This document shows positions 39,516 to 49,737 of a stretch of 64,000 nucleotides of DNA, piece after piece. Below the pieces are notes generated by a model that was given only the letters and a program-made list of their open reading frames with translations, did not search any database and was not told the origin of the DNA. This DNA is from an uncultured Bacilli bacterium (GTDB taxonomy: Bacteria > Bacillota_I > Bacilli_A > RF39 > UBA660): positions 5,121 to 69,120 of the forward strand of contig CANQAK010000002.1 of assembly GCA_947589495.1 (NCBI GenBank). Reading direction: 5' to 3'. Made by a program: the position numbers and the translations under genes. Position 1 is the stretch's first letter; the number at the start of each line of letters is the position of its first letter.

Positions 39516-42500
39516 TTAATTATCTTTAATAGCAATTAATAATCTAACTAAATAAAAGACATAATGTTTTGGTAAACTTTTATAAAATAAAGTAATAATA
39601 ATATTTTTATGAACATATTTTAAATTAAATTTATTAGTTATATTTAAAGTTTCAAATAATAATTTATCTCCTTTAATTTTATCAGATAACTCTATTGGTA
39701 AAACTATTTCAACAAAACGGTCAGTTTTATTTACCTTTGTTATATTTAACATCTTACAAAGATTAGTAAACCATTCTTCATACATATATATTTCCATATC
39801 TTCATCAATTTTACCAAAACGATCTTCTAATTCTTCTTTAACACTTTGTAATTTTTCTAAAGAATCTATCTCATTAATTTTTTGATGAATTTCTATTTTT
39901 ATATCTTCATCAGTAACATAATCATCTTTAATATGTGTAGAAACTTCAATTAAATTTTTATTATCATCAGTCTCTTCTTCTACAAATTCACCCTTAGCTT
40001 TTTTCATTTCAACTTCAATTAATTTCATATATAAAGATATTCCTACTGAATCGACAAAACCAGCTTGTTCACTACCAAAAATATCTCCAGCTCCTCTTAA
40101 AGATAGATCTCGCATAGCAATTTTATAACCACTTCCAAGTTCTGTAAATTCTTTAATAGCTTGTAATCTTTTAACAGCAATTTCATTTAACATTTTCTTT
40201 TTATCATATAACAAATATGCATATGCAACACGATTACTTCTTCCAACTCTTCCTCTTATTTGATACAACTGACTTAATCCAAATTTATCAGCATCAAATA
40301 CAATTAAAGTATTTGCATTAGCAATATCTATTCCATTTTCTATAATAGTTGTACATATTAAAACATCATATTTATAATTTACAAAGTCATCCATCTTACT
40401 TTCTAGTTCTTCTTTACTCATTCTTCCATGGGCATAACTTATTCTTGCCTCTTTAACTAAAGAAGAAACTTTATCAACAATTCTATCTAAATCTTCAATA
40501 CGATTATATAATATAAACACTTGACCTTTTCTTGATAACTCTTTATAAATAGCATCTTTTATTAATAAATCTGATTCTTCAATAACATAAGTTTGAACCG
40601 GATATCTATTTACTGGAGGGGTATCAATAATAGATAAATCTCTTAATCCAGATAAAGCCATTTTTAATGTTCTTGGTATAGGAGTAGCTGATAAAGTTAA
40701 AACATTTACATCATTTTTAAATTCTTTAATTCTTTCTTTATGTTTAACTCCAAAACGTTGTTCTTCATCTACTACTAATAAACCTAACTTTTTTGGATTA
40801 ATGTCTTGACTCAATAAACGATGTGTTCCAACTAAAATATCAATTGTACCTTTTTGTAAATTTTCTAAAATATATTTTGTTTCTTTTGGAGTAGTAAAAC
40901 GATTTAAAAGTCTTATTTCTACTGGAACATTTTTAAATCTTTCTTTTATAACATTGTATTGTTGTTTAGCTAATATAGTAGTAGGACATAAATACATTAC
41001 TTGCATATTATTAATAACTGTTTTAAAAATAGCTCGCATAGCAACTTCAGTTTTACCAAATCCTACATCTCCACATAAAAGTCTATCCATTGGTATTTGA
41101 CTATTTAAATCATTATTAATTTCTTCAATCGCTTTAGCTTGATCATACGTTTCTGTATATTCGAATTCAGAAGCAAATACTTCTTGTTCTGGATAATTTT
41201 TATAAGGTATTCCTTTAATACTAACTCTTTTGGCATATAAATCTAATAATTCTTTAGAAATATCTTTAGCTTTCTTTTTAATATATGTTTTAGTTTTAGC
41301 CCAACTAGTTGAATTTAATTTATTTAATTTTGGTATGGTACCTTCTTTACTTGCATATTTATATATCGTATTTATTTTTTCAACTGGTATATATATTTTA
41401 TCACCACCAGCATATAAAAGTTGAATATAATCTTTTTGTAAACCATCTTTAACTAAAGGGACTAATCCATTATAAATACCAATACCATGATTTAAATGAA
41501 CAACATAATCTCCCTTTTCTAAATCATTATAATTTTTAATTTTTTTACCAATATGTAAATTATTTTTATAATTTGTTATAGTATTAACTTGAATACCTAT
41601 ATCATTTTCAGAAATACATACTAAATCATTTAAAATAAAACCTTGATTAATTTTCTTATTTATTATATTAGCATGAGGAATTAATTTTTTTATAGTTTTT
41701 ATTTCACTATCTTTTGATAAATAAAAATATATTTTTTTACCTTCTTTTTCCCATTTATAAATTGTATCTTTTAAGTATTCAAAATTTTCTTTAAATGAAG
41801 GAATTTCTTTTGCAACAGTGACAGTTGGATTATTAATTGTATCAATAAATAATTCATATTGAGGATGAATATCCTCTAAAAGAAACATATAGTTTTCATT
41901 TTCATCTGTTTCTTTTTTAAAATCATTTATTTCTTCACATAATCTTTCATATGATACATCTATTTGGGCTTTATTAAGATACACTACGATTCCATTATCA
42001 GTATAATCATATAAAGAATTTTTTTTAAGAGTTTCTAATTCTTGAAATGGTTTAATTACAATACTATTTATATCTTTAATTGTTCTTTGAGAATTTTCAT
42101 CAAAATATCTTATCGATTCAATTGTATTTCCAAAAAATTCTATTCTAATTGGATGATCTTCATTTATCAAATAAATATCTATAATAAATCCTCTTATAGA
42201 AAATTCTCCAGACATAGTTACTAAAGATTCTTTTTTATATCCATAATCATTAAGTAACTTAATAAGTTCATTTCTATCTATTTCTTCATTAACATTAATT
42301 TTTAAATTATTTTTAGCATCTTTTGAAGGTAAAAATCTTAAATATCCCATTAAATTAGTAATTATAATTTGTTTAGATGTAGAAAGTTTTTCTAAAACAT
42401 TTAATCTTCCTAATTGAAATTCTGGAGAAATAGCAACTACTTTTGATGTTATAAAATCATCCATAGGAAATAATTCTACATTGTCTAAATGTAATTTTAG

Positions 42501-42662
42501 ATGTTCATAAAGTTTATTACTTTCATATAAATGACTAGTTACGAGAATAATATTCTTATTTTCTTTTTTAAATAATTCTTCCATGTAAAAAGCAATTAAC
42601 TCATTAGTTAACCCATATGTTATAGAACCATTTTTAAAATTAAAATAAGAACTTAAATCCAT
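39516..42662 (-). CDS. mfd: Transcription-repair coupling factor
   Basis: 1048 aa with DVGFGKTEVAMRA (Walker A), DEEQRFGV (DEAH-like) and QLYQIRGRVGRS. Confidence 0.95.
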   Translation of the reverse strand: MDLSSYFNFKNGSITYGLTNELIAFYMEELFKKENKNIILVTSHLYESNKLYEHLKLHLDNVELFPMDDFITSKVVAISPEFQLGRLNVLEKLSTSKQIIITNLMGYLRFLPSKDAKNNLKINVNEEIDRNELIKLLNDYGYKKESLVTMSGEFSIRGFIIDIYLINEDHPIRIEFFGNTIESIRYFDENSQRTIKDINSIVIKPFQELETLKKNSLYDYTDNGIVVYLNKAQIDVSYERLCEEINDFKKETDENENYMFLLEDIHPQYELFIDTINNPTVTVAKEIPSFKENFEYLKDTIYKWEKEGKKIYFYLSKDSEIKTIKKLIPHANIINKKINQGFILNDLVCISENDIGIQVNTITNYKNNLHIGKKIKNYNDLEKGDYVVHLNHGIGIYNGLVPLVKDGLQKDYIQLLYAGGDKIYIPVEKINTIYKYASKEGTIPKLNKLNSTSWAKTKTYIKKKAKDISKELLDLYAKRVSIKGIPYKNYPEQEVFASEFEYTETYDQAKAIEEINNDLNSQIPMDRLLCGDVGFGKTEVAMRAIFKTVINNMQVMYLCPTTILAKQQYNVIKERFKNVPVEIRLLNRFTTPKETKYILENLQKGTIDILVGTHRLLSQDINPKKLGLLVVDEEQRFGVKHKERIKEFKNDVNVLTLSATPIPRTLKMALSGLRDLSIIDTPPVNRYPVQTYVIEESDLLIKDAIYKELSRKGQVFILYNRIEDLDRIVDKVSSLVKEARISYAHGRMSKEELESKMDDFVNYKYDVLICTTIIENGIDIANANTLIVFDADKFGLSQLYQIRGRVGRSNRVAYAYLLYDKKKMLNEIAVKRLQAIKEFTELGSGYKIAMRDLSLRGAGDIFGSEQAGFVDSVGISLYMKLIEVEMKKAKGEFVEEETDDNKNLIEVSTHIKDDYVTDEDIKIEIHQKINEIDSLEKLQSVKEELEDRFGKIDEDMEIYMYEEWFTNLCKMLNITKVNKTDRFVEIVLPIELSDKIKGDKLLFETLNITNKFNLKYVHKNIIITLFYKSLPKHYVFYLVRLLIAIKDN

Positions 42663-42670
42663 AATTCTAC

Positions 42671-43222
42671 CTACTTCTTATTATTATATTCTAATGCTTT
42701 ATTTATTCCTTCTATAGTAAATAACTTAATAATATTATTAAAACTATCCATATTAGAATTTAAATTTTCCTTTTCATTTTTTGATAATTTACCTAATACA
42801 TAATCCATAGTAGGAATATTTTTATCTTTACCAATGCCAATTTTTAATCTGGCAAATTCATCAGTACCTAATTCATTAATAATTGATTTTATACCATTAT
42901 GTCCTCCGGATGAACTATTTCTTTTTATTTTAAATTTGCCTACTTCTAAATCTAAATCATCTTGAATTACTAAAATATCACTAGCTAAAATTTTATAATA
43001 TTTAGCAAACTTATTTACTGCAATACCAGATAAATTCATAAATGTTTGAGGTTTAATGTAGATTATTTGCTCTCCATTTATCATTTCTGAATAATATAAA
43101 GCATCCATTTTTTCTTTCCAATCAACTTTACCTAAATAGTTATCTAATACTATAAAACCAATATTATGTCTGGTATTTTGATATTCTCTTCCGGGATTAC
43201 CGAGTCCTACTACTAATTTCAC
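42671..43222 (-). CDS. pth: Peptidyl-tRNA hydrolase
   Basis: MKLVVGLGNPGREYQNTRHNIGF. Confidence 0.95.
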   Translation of the reverse strand: MKLVVGLGNPGREYQNTRHNIGFIVLDNYLGKVDWKEKMDALYYSEMINGEQIIYIKPQTFMNLSGIAVNKFAKYYKILASDILVIQDDLDLEVGKFKIKRNSSSGGHNGIKSIINELGTDEFARLKIGIGKDKNIPTMDYVLGKLSKNEKENLNSNMDSFNNIIKLFTIEGINKALEYNNKK

Positions 43223-43223
43223 A

Positions 43224-43937
43224 TTAATTCTCCTTAAATAAATTTTTATATGTTTTTAAATTACTTATATCTTTAACATTATTTATAATTATTCCACATT
43301 TTGAATCCTTAACACATTTTACTAACACAATTGATGGTTTACTATTTTTTGTTGTTTTGATAAGTTCAATATTTTTGACATTTAATTTATATTTATTTCC
43401 TAAAATAATAATTTCATCTAATCTATTAACTCGATGAACTAAATAAAATTCTCCTTTTGTATTTAAATATTTAGAAGCCACTTCAAATATGTCTTCTAAA
43501 GTTACTTTAATTTCATGTCTTGCAATAGCTAGACTTGTTAAATCATTTAATTCACTAAATTCATAATTTTTAAAATATGGTGGATTGCAAGTAATTATAT
43601 CATATTTTTTATTTTTTAAATAATTAATACAATTTTTTATATCTTCATTATAAAGATAAATTTGCTTGTTTTTTTGATTATATTTAATACTTTTTATAGC
43701 TAAATTATAAATATTAGATTGTATTTCTATTCCTTCAATATGAGAATTAGTTTTAGTTGATAAAATTAATGGAATAGAAGCATTACCTGTACATAAATCT
43801 AAAATATTAGTTGTTTTTGAAGAAAGTTTTACAAATTCTGCTAATAAAATGGAATCTAAAGAAAATTTAAATAATTCTTCGTCTTGATATATTTTTAAAC
43901 CATAATCATATAGATCATTTAATACTACCTTTGACAT
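43224..43937 (-). CDS. SAM-dependent N6-adenine methyltransferase, YabB/TrmN6-like
   Basis: ILDLCTGNA and the motif IV ITCNPPYF. Confidence 0.7.
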   Translation of the reverse strand: MSKVVLNDLYDYGLKIYQDEELFKFSLDSILLAEFVKLSSKTTNILDLCTGNASIPLILSTKTNSHIEGIEIQSNIYNLAIKSIKYNQKNKQIYLYNEDIKNCINYLKNKKYDIITCNPPYFKNYEFSELNDLTSLAIARHEIKVTLEDIFEVASKYLNTKGEFYLVHRVNRLDEIIILGNKYKLNVKNIELIKTTKNSKPSIVLVKCVKDSKCGIIINNVKDISNLKTYKNLFKEN

Positions 43938-44702
43938 TTATTTGAATTCAACTTCTTCTTTATTGCTGCCCACTAAAACTTTACAACGTTTATTTAATAT
44001 ATCAACACTTGTAACTATTCCTTCTCCACTATTAGTTTTTATTGTATCTCCAACGGCAGGAAGTTCTTTAGCAGCCTCTATATAATTTTCATCTTCATAT
44101 TGTAGACAACATAATAATCTTCCGCATAACCCATTTATTTTTGAAGGATTCAAAGCTAAGTTTTGATTTTTAGCCATATTCATTGAAATAGCATCAATAT
44201 GATTTAAAAAACGACGACAACATATTTTTTGACCACAAATGCCCACACCACCAATTTCTTTAGCTTTATCCCGGGCTCCAATTTGTCTTAACTCTATTCT
44301 AGTATGATAAATTGCCGCTAATTTTTTAGCTAAAAGTCTAAAGTCAACTCTTTCATCAGAAACAAAACAGAATAATAACTGACTTTTATCAAACGCAAAA
44401 TCAGCACTAATAACATGCATATTTAATTCTAATTTTTTAATTAATTCTTTACATTTTTCTAATGCTTTTTGATTCTCTTTTAATAAATTATAATAATTAT
44501 CTGTATCTTCTTTAGTAGCTTTTCTAATTATATTTTTATATTTTTCTAAATCAAACTCTTCACTTTGAACTTTACTTATTTGAGCATATTGTTCGCCTTT
44601 TTCAGTTTCTACAATAACATAATCTCCTTTTACAAGTTCATCATCACCATTAAAATAATAATTTTTACCATTTGATTTAAAAACAACACTAAATAATTTC
44701 AT
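43938..44702 (-). CDS. ricT: PSP1-domain protein RicT/YaaT
   Basis: RKATKED..., GICGQKICCRRFL, LCGRLLCCLQYE. Confidence 0.88.
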   Translation of the reverse strand: MKLFSVVFKSNGKNYYFNGDDELVKGDYVIVETEKGEQYAQISKVQSEEFDLEKYKNIIRKATKEDTDNYYNLLKENQKALEKCKELIKKLELNMHVISADFAFDKSQLLFCFVSDERVDFRLLAKKLAAIYHTRIELRQIGARDKAKEIGGVGICGQKICCRRFLNHIDAISMNMAKNQNLALNPSKINGLCGRLLCCLQYEDENYIEAAKELPAVGDTIKTNSGEGIVTSVDILNKRCKVLVGSNKEEVEFK

Positions 44703-45552
44703 TATTTAATCCATCCATTTCTATAACAAACCTATCAAGTAATAAATCAAGATTTACATTATAATTAAACTCTTTTAATATTTCAATAATTAAATCTATT
44801 TTAGCTTTTAAATTTTTAATAGATAATTTATGTAAGAATTCATAATTTTCTAAATCTTTTTTAATAAATCTACTATCTAACTCACTTTTATAAATAGATA
44901 AAATTATTTGCATAATTACTTTTAAATCATTTTTTTCTAAATCACTTAGATATTCTTTATTATACAAGACTAAACCTGTTTTTTCTACTTCTATTTTATT
45001 TAAATACTCTTTTATTATATTTATATAATTTCTATATGTATCTTCATCTATTTCATATTCATCATAAATAGAATTATTAAAATTTATTTCTAATAATTGA
45101 CATCTACTTTGAATTGTAGGAAGGATGCCATCAATATTATTAGTTAGAAAAAATCCAATAACATTACCTTCTGGTTCTTCTAAAAATTTTAAAATAGTAT
45201 TTGCTGATTCTTTATTCATTTTTTCAGCATTTTGAATAATATAAATTGATTCTTTAGTATATTGAGATTCTTTAGAAAATAAACTTCTAAGTTCTAATAC
45301 TTGTTCTTTTTTTATAAATGCTCCTGAAGGAATAATAATTCTTAAACTAGGAAGATTATTTAAGTCAATTAAATGACATAAAGAACATTTATTACATGTT
45401 TCACTAAATTTATCAATACAAAAAATGTTCTTTATGACTTTTAAAAGAACTTTCATACATTTTTGAATATTATTAGTATCAATTAAATATGCATGTGCTA
45501 ATTTTTTTTCATGATAATATTCAATTAAATTTTCTAATTCACTACTATTTAT
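44689..45552 (-). CDS. holB: DNA polymerase III delta-prime subunit, probably starting at a non-ATG codon
   Basis: The track ORF starts at 45456. The frame stays open upstream and encodes ...NLIEYYHEKKLAHAYLIDTNN..., which contains the HAYL motif. AGGAGG lies 5 nt before ATA at 45552-45550. Also has FLEEPEGNV and TIQSRCQ. Confidence 0.75.
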   Translation of the reverse strand: MNSSELENLIEYYHEKKLAHAYLIDTNNIQKCMKVLLKVIKNIFCIDKFSETCNKCSLCHLIDLNNLPSLRIIIPSGAFIKKEQVLELRSLFSKESQYTKESIYIIQNAEKMNKESANTILKFLEEPEGNVIGFFLTNNIDGILPTIQSRCQLLEINFNNSIYDEYEIDEDTYRNYINIIKEYLNKIEVEKTGLVLYNKEYLSDLEKNDLKVIMQIILSIYKSELDSRFIKKDLENYEFLHKLSIKNLKAKIDLIIEILKEFNYNVNLDLLLDRFVIEMDGLNNEII

Positions 45553-45561
45553 AAGAACCTC

Positions 45562-45747
45562 CTAATTTATAATATAGAAGATTGCGAATAAAGAACATAA
45601 ACCAGGCACTCCTAAAAAAGAAGTAATTCCAATAGTAATTAAATTTATTGGTAAATAAATTCCAACATTTTTAAGCATTATATTTATTCCATAAATTATT
45701 CCAAAGGAAAATACAATTTTTTTTAAGAATGTGCCTATGTTTTTCAA
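45562..45747 (-). CDS. bofA: BofA-family pro-sigma-K processing inhibitor
   Basis: 61-aa two-TM protein with INLITIGITSFLGVPGL. Confidence 0.65.
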   Translation of the reverse strand: MKNIGTFLKKIVFSFGIIYGINIMLKNVGIYLPINLITIGITSFLGVPGLCSLFAIFYIIN

Positions 45748-45786
45748 AAAATATCACCCATTAAAATATATTTTTATTTTTTTATT

Positions 45787-46389
45787 TTATTCAGATATTT
45801 TTTTGCGATCTTCTAATGCCTTGTCTAATGTAATAATATCAAGATAATCAATTTCAGCTCCCATAGGTAGGCCATAAGATAATCTGGATATAGTAACATT
45901 TTTATTTTCAAATATTTTTTTTATATAAAGAGTAGTAGTTTCACCTTCAATTGAAGATTTTAAAGCCAATATAAGTTCTGGATTTTCTAAACTTTCTACT
46001 CTTTTAATTAAATTAGATATATTTATATCTTCTGGTCCAATACTATCCATTGGAGAAATTAAACCATTTAAAACATGATATACACCTTTATAGTTTCCAA
46101 CTTTCTCAAATGAAAATACACTTTTATAATCTTCAATTACACATATTAAATTGTGATCTCTATTGGGATTACTACAAATATTACATATTTCATTTTCTGT
46201 TATATGGCCACATATTTTACATTTTTTTAATTTAGTTTTAGCATCAATTAAAACTTTAGAAAAATCTTCAACATCTTCATCTTTAAGTTCTAAAGTAGCT
46301 AGTGCCATTCTTTCAGCAGATTTTTCTCCAATACCAGGCATTTTTTTATAATAATTTATTAATTTTTGTAACAACTCTGGATATATCAT
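45787..46389 (-). CDS. recR: Recombination protein RecR
   Basis: LPGIGEKSAERMA, a zinc finger CKICGH...CNIC, and a Toprim domain. Confidence 0.95.
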   Translation of the reverse strand: MIYPELLQKLINYYKKMPGIGEKSAERMALATLELKDEDVEDFSKVLIDAKTKLKKCKICGHITENEICNICSNPNRDHNLICVIEDYKSVFSFEKVGNYKGVYHVLNGLISPMDSIGPEDINISNLIKRVESLENPELILALKSSIEGETTTLYIKKIFENKNVTISRLSYGLPMGAEIDYLDIITLDKALEDRKKISE

Positions 46390-46390
46390 A

Positions 46391-46690
46391 TTACATTAAC
46401 CCATCTAATGCACCAGCATATTGTCCTAATTTATTACTCATTGCATCTGTTATTTTAACAAAAGCATCTTTTACAGCAATTTGGAACATATCTTCAAGAA
46501 TTTCTTTATCGTCTTCACCAATAGTTCCTTCCTTTATTATTTTAACACTTTTTAATACTTTAGCTCCTGTAAATACAACCTCAACCCATTCAGATTTACC
46601 TGTAAACTCCATTTTCTCTAATTCTTCTTTTTTTTGAGTTATTTCTCTTTGAATTTTTTGAGCTTGAGCCATAAGATTTTGCATGTTCAT
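46391..46690 (-). CDS. ybaB: Nucleoid-associated protein YbaB/EbfC
   Basis: MNMQNLMAQAQKIQREI..., positioned between dnaX and recR. Confidence 0.92.
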   Translation of the reverse strand: MNMQNLMAQAQKIQREITQKKEELEKMEFTGKSEWVEVVFTGAKVLKSVKIIKEGTIGEDDKEILEDMFQIAVKDAFVKITDAMSNKLGQYAGALDGLM

Positions 46691-46702
46691 ACAATCACCT
46701 CC

Positions 46703-48259
46703 TTAAATAATTTCCACTTTATTTATATCAAAAACATCATTTATAATGTTTTCTTCACTTTGATCATTATTTTCACATGATTCTTTTTCTTCAATTAATT
46801 CATATTTAACTTTATTTTTTAAATTTGCTATATACTTATTTCTTTCATTATTCCATCTATTTTCAGAAAGAAAAATTATCTTATAATTATCTTTTATTTC
46901 TTTATTTATTACATCTTCAATTTCATTTAATAAATTATTTGCATTTTCTACTGAATGATCATTTGACATAGTAAATATCATATATTTATCAGATGCTGCA
47001 ACTAAAGAACTATCTAACAATATTGATTTAATTTTACCATCTAAATTCGTTGTAATAGGTAAAGTTTGTAATTTTGATTTTAAACTTTCTAAGTATTTTT
47101 TTTGAGCATTAGCAAAACAATTATTAACACGAATATCTATAAGTTCTGGATTAAAATTATTTTCTTGTTTTATAATTTTAGGTTCTTCCACTTTTTCATT
47201 AATTTCAACTGGTTTTTTAATATCTTCTACATTTGGTTGATCAAAAAAATCGAGTAAAATCATTTCCATAATTGTATAAGAATCAACATTTATATTGGTT
47301 TTATTTAAACTATCAGATAATGCTAAAATCATATTTTTATAATCTATAAATGTCAATCTTCTTTTTTTTGAAGTGAGTTTAATATTTTTAGCTCTTTTAC
47401 TAGCAATTGAAATAATTTTTTTCACAAGTGTTTTATAATCAACTGCTCTTACTCTAAAATCATTGATAAGTTCTAAACATTTAGATGGTGAATTTTCTTC
47501 AATATAATCTAATAATTCACTAACAACTTTTTGAGAAACAGTTTTAATTTGTTTTTCTATTAAGTCTAATGTAATTTCATCACTATTTTTAGATAATTGA
47601 TCAAGTAAACTTAAGGCATCACGCATTCCACCTTCTGATAAACTAGCTATTTCCTCCAAAGCATCAGCACTAATATTAATGTTTTCTAATTTACATATTT
47701 CTTTTAATCTATCGACAAGTGTTTCAACTTTTATTTTTTGAAAATCAAATCTTTGACACCTAGATAAAATAGTAATTGGAACATTTTCTATATTAGTTGT
47801 TGCTAAAATAAATATTGTATGTGATGGTGGTTCTTCAAGTGTCAATAATAAGGCATTAAATGCACTAATAGTTAACATATGAACTTCATCTATAATATAA
47901 ATTTTATATTTACCATTTGTAGGAATTAATTTAACGTTATCAATTAATGCTCTAATTTCATCAACACCATTATTAGATGCTGCATCTATTTCAATTATAT
48001 CAGGGTTATCCTTAAAGTTTTTACAAAATTCACATTCACCACATGGAGATCCATCTTTAGGATTTAAACAATTAATTGCTTTAGAAAAAACTTTTGCAGT
48101 ACTTGTTTTACCTGTTCCACGTGGGCCTGAAAAAATGTATGCATGTGAAATATTATTACTAATTATTGAATTTTTTAATGTTTTAATGATATAGTCTTGA
48201 CCAATAATATTTTCAAAATTATCAGGACGATATTTTCTGTATAAAACTTTATATGCCAT
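46703..48259 (-). CDS. dnaX: DNA polymerase III gamma/tau subunit
   Basis: YRKYRPDNFENIIGQ, HAYIFSGPRGTGKTS, zinc module CGECEFC and SRCQRFDF. Confidence 0.95.
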   Translation of the reverse strand: MAYKVLYRKYRPDNFENIIGQDYIIKTLKNSIISNNISHAYIFSGPRGTGKTSTAKVFSKAINCLNPKDGSPCGECEFCKNFKDNPDIIEIDAASNNGVDEIRALIDNVKLIPTNGKYKIYIIDEVHMLTISAFNALLLTLEEPPSHTIFILATTNIENVPITILSRCQRFDFQKIKVETLVDRLKEICKLENINISADALEEIASLSEGGMRDALSLLDQLSKNSDEITLDLIEKQIKTVSQKVVSELLDYIEENSPSKCLELINDFRVRAVDYKTLVKKIISIASKRAKNIKLTSKKRRLTFIDYKNMILALSDSLNKTNINVDSYTIMEMILLDFFDQPNVEDIKKPVEINEKVEEPKIIKQENNFNPELIDIRVNNCFANAQKKYLESLKSKLQTLPITTNLDGKIKSILLDSSLVAASDKYMIFTMSNDHSVENANNLLNEIEDVINKEIKDNYKIIFLSENRWNNERNKYIANLKNKVKYELIEEKESCENNDQSEENIINDVFDINKVEII

Positions 48260-48304
48260 AATAAAAACCTTCCCTTTTAATTATAGCATGTTAATTAATA
48301 TTTT

Positions 48305-48727
48305 TTAAGAATTATCTCTTAAATTTTTAAAAAACTGTTTTAAAATTTCTTTATATCTATTTTGTAATTCTTTACAATCATTTGTTTGTATATATTTTAT
48401 TTCTTTATTAGTATCATTATTTTGAGGAACTAAATAATAAACTTTATCCAATCTACTTTCATTTATAAGCATTTTACACATATTACAAGGTTCTAAAGTT
48501 ACATACATTTCACATCCATCAAGTCGCCAATCTTTTAATTTTTTTTCCGCTAAAAGAATTGCATTTATTTCTGCATGTCCAAGTAAATTATATTTTTTTT
48601 GTCTATTATTATATCCTTTAGAAATTATTTTGTTGTTTTTTACAATAATAGCTCCTACAGGTATTTCTTTTTTATTATAAGCTTTTAAAGCTTCTTTATA
48701 TGCAACTTTCATATATTTTTCATTCAT
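48305..48727 (-). CDS. tadA: tRNA-specific adenosine deaminase
   Basis: HAEINAI and LEPCNMC. I place the start at ATG 48727, after GGGAG. The track's N-terminal extension overlaps the SRP RNA. Confidence 0.9.
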   Translation of the reverse strand: MNEKYMKVAYKEALKAYNKKEIPVGAIIVKNNKIISKGYNNRQKKYNLLGHAEINAILLAEKKLKDWRLDGCEMYVTLEPCNMCKMLINESRLDKVYYLVPQNNDTNKEIKYIQTNDCKELQNRYKEILKQFFKNLRDNS

Positions 48728-48750
48728 AAATAAGCACTCCCATAAAAAAA

Positions 48751-48821
48751 GCACACACAAACAGGGAACGATATGGCTGCTGTCTTCCAACTCTGACCAG
48801 TTTACGTTATATTTGTTGTGC
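48751..48821 (-). ncRNA. ffs: Small (4.5S-type) signal recognition particle RNA
   Basis: Minus strand reads GCACAACAAAUAUAACGUAAACUGGUCAGAGUUGGAAGACAGCAGCCAUAUCGUUCCCUGUUUGUGUGUGC followed by a U-run. The domain IV core GGUCAG..GGAAG.CAGCAGCC matches the conserved SRP RNA motif. The 5' and 3' ends pair. A promoter lies just upstream. Confidence 0.75.
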
Positions 48822-48827
48822 AAAAAA

Positions 48828-48855
48828 ATAATATCATAATAAAAGCTTTAATTCA
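48828..48855 (-). promoter_or_regulatory. Promoter of the SRP RNA
   Basis: Minus strand has TTGAAT, a 16-nt spacer, then TATTAT, about 7 nt before the RNA 5' end. Confidence 0.55.
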
Positions 48856-48886
48856 AGAATATATTTTTTTTAAATTTTTAAGAAAA

Positions 48887-48902
48887 ATATTTCCCGGGAA
48901 AT
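48887..48902. promoter_or_regulatory. Noc-binding-site (NBS) palindrome, copy 1
   Basis: Perfect TATTTCCCGGGAAATA. The core ATTTCCCGGGAAAT equals the Bacillus subtilis NBS consensus. Confidence 0.7.
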
Positions 48903-48994
48903 ATTTTTTCCATTTTTATAAATTTGGTAAATTATTTTCATTTTTTAAAATTGATCAATAAATTTAAACATTTTATTTAATATTTTTTTGTAAA

Positions 48995-49010
48995 TTATTT
49001 CCCGGGAAAT
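48995..49010. promoter_or_regulatory. NBS palindrome, copy 2
   Basis: Perfect TATTTCCCGGGAAATA, followed by ATTGGTTGACATAATAT. Confidence 0.7.
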
Positions 49011-49138
49011 AATTGGTTGACATAATATTTTTACCAATTTTCATGAGATTTGGTAATATAGCTAAAATTATGCATTAAATTTATTTGGATTCTATTTATA
49101 TTTATAATTATATTATTTTGTATAAATTTTCTTACTCA

Positions 49139-49154
49139 ATGTTTCACGTGAAAC
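49139..49154. promoter_or_regulatory. ParB-binding centromere site parS, copy 1
   Basis: Perfect 16-bp palindrome TGTTTCACGTGAAACA, matching the parS consensus TGTTNCACGTGAAACA. The extended palindrome CAATGTTTCACGTGAAACATTG spans 49136-49157. Confidence 0.85.
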
Positions 49155-49633
49155 ATTGTTTTATTTTTTTACAATTAAGATTCAATTATAAAATAAAAAT
49201 TTAAAAGTTATACATTTAATATTTATATAAAATTATTTTTTAATAAAAGCAAATTTTAAGAACATGCTGACTTAGTAAAAACAATTAAAAATATATTTTT
49301 TAAAATAATTATTTTTTTTAATTTGTTTATAAATTTAAAAAGATCAACAATAAAAACAATGTTAAGAGTTAGAAAATATTTATATATAAAATATGTTTAA
49401 AAATATAATAAATACTTTAAATTCAGAAAACTAAAAGAAACTATAAACTAAACTTTATTTTATAATTGTCTATATAGAAAAATCACACAAAAAATAAATA
49501 ATAAATTTAACTATTGAAAAAATTTATAAAATGTAACGAAGATAAACTATCAAAAAAATATTTTTAAAAAATGTACAATTTATTTTAATAGGATGTTCTA
49601 AAAATAAAATTATAAATATTATTAGCATATTCA

Positions 49634-49649
49634 ATGTTTCACGTGAAAC
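49634..49649. promoter_or_regulatory. ParB-binding centromere site parS, copy 2
   Basis: Identical 22-bp palindrome CAATGTTTCACGTGAAACATTG at 49631-49652. Confidence 0.85.
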
Positions 49650-49737
49650 ATTGAATAGACATTTAATAAAAAATATTTAAGATAGTAATTGCTTTACCAA
49701 TTCTTATAAGATTTGGCAAAAATATTATGTAAACCAA

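Noticed and set aside
48728-48823. N-terminal 32-codon extension of the tadA ORF (track ORF 48305..48823).
   Set aside because: The extension overlaps a sequence with the SRP RNA domain IV motif, its own promoter and a U-run. The tadA homology begins at the internal ATG 48727, which has a GGGAG RBS.
49016-49058. The TTGACA hexamers next to NBS copies 2, 4 and 5 (TTTACA at copy 3) looked like -35 elements of Noc-regulated promoters.
   Set aside because: In none of the copies is there an acceptable -10 hexamer 16-18 nt downstream. The sequences found there are TTCATG, AAAAAA and CTTATA. No ORF or recognisable RNA follows. I treat these hexamers as part of the repeated binding-site module.
49136-49170. 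CAATGTTTCACGTGAAACATTG followed by TTTTATTTTTTT looked like a Rho-independent terminator of a small RNA starting near 49060.
   Set aside because: The identical palindrome at 49631 has no T-run on either strand. The 16-bp core is a perfect parS consensus. No convincing -10 element precedes the putative transcript. I therefore call it a ParB site, although the first copy could incidentally terminate transcription.
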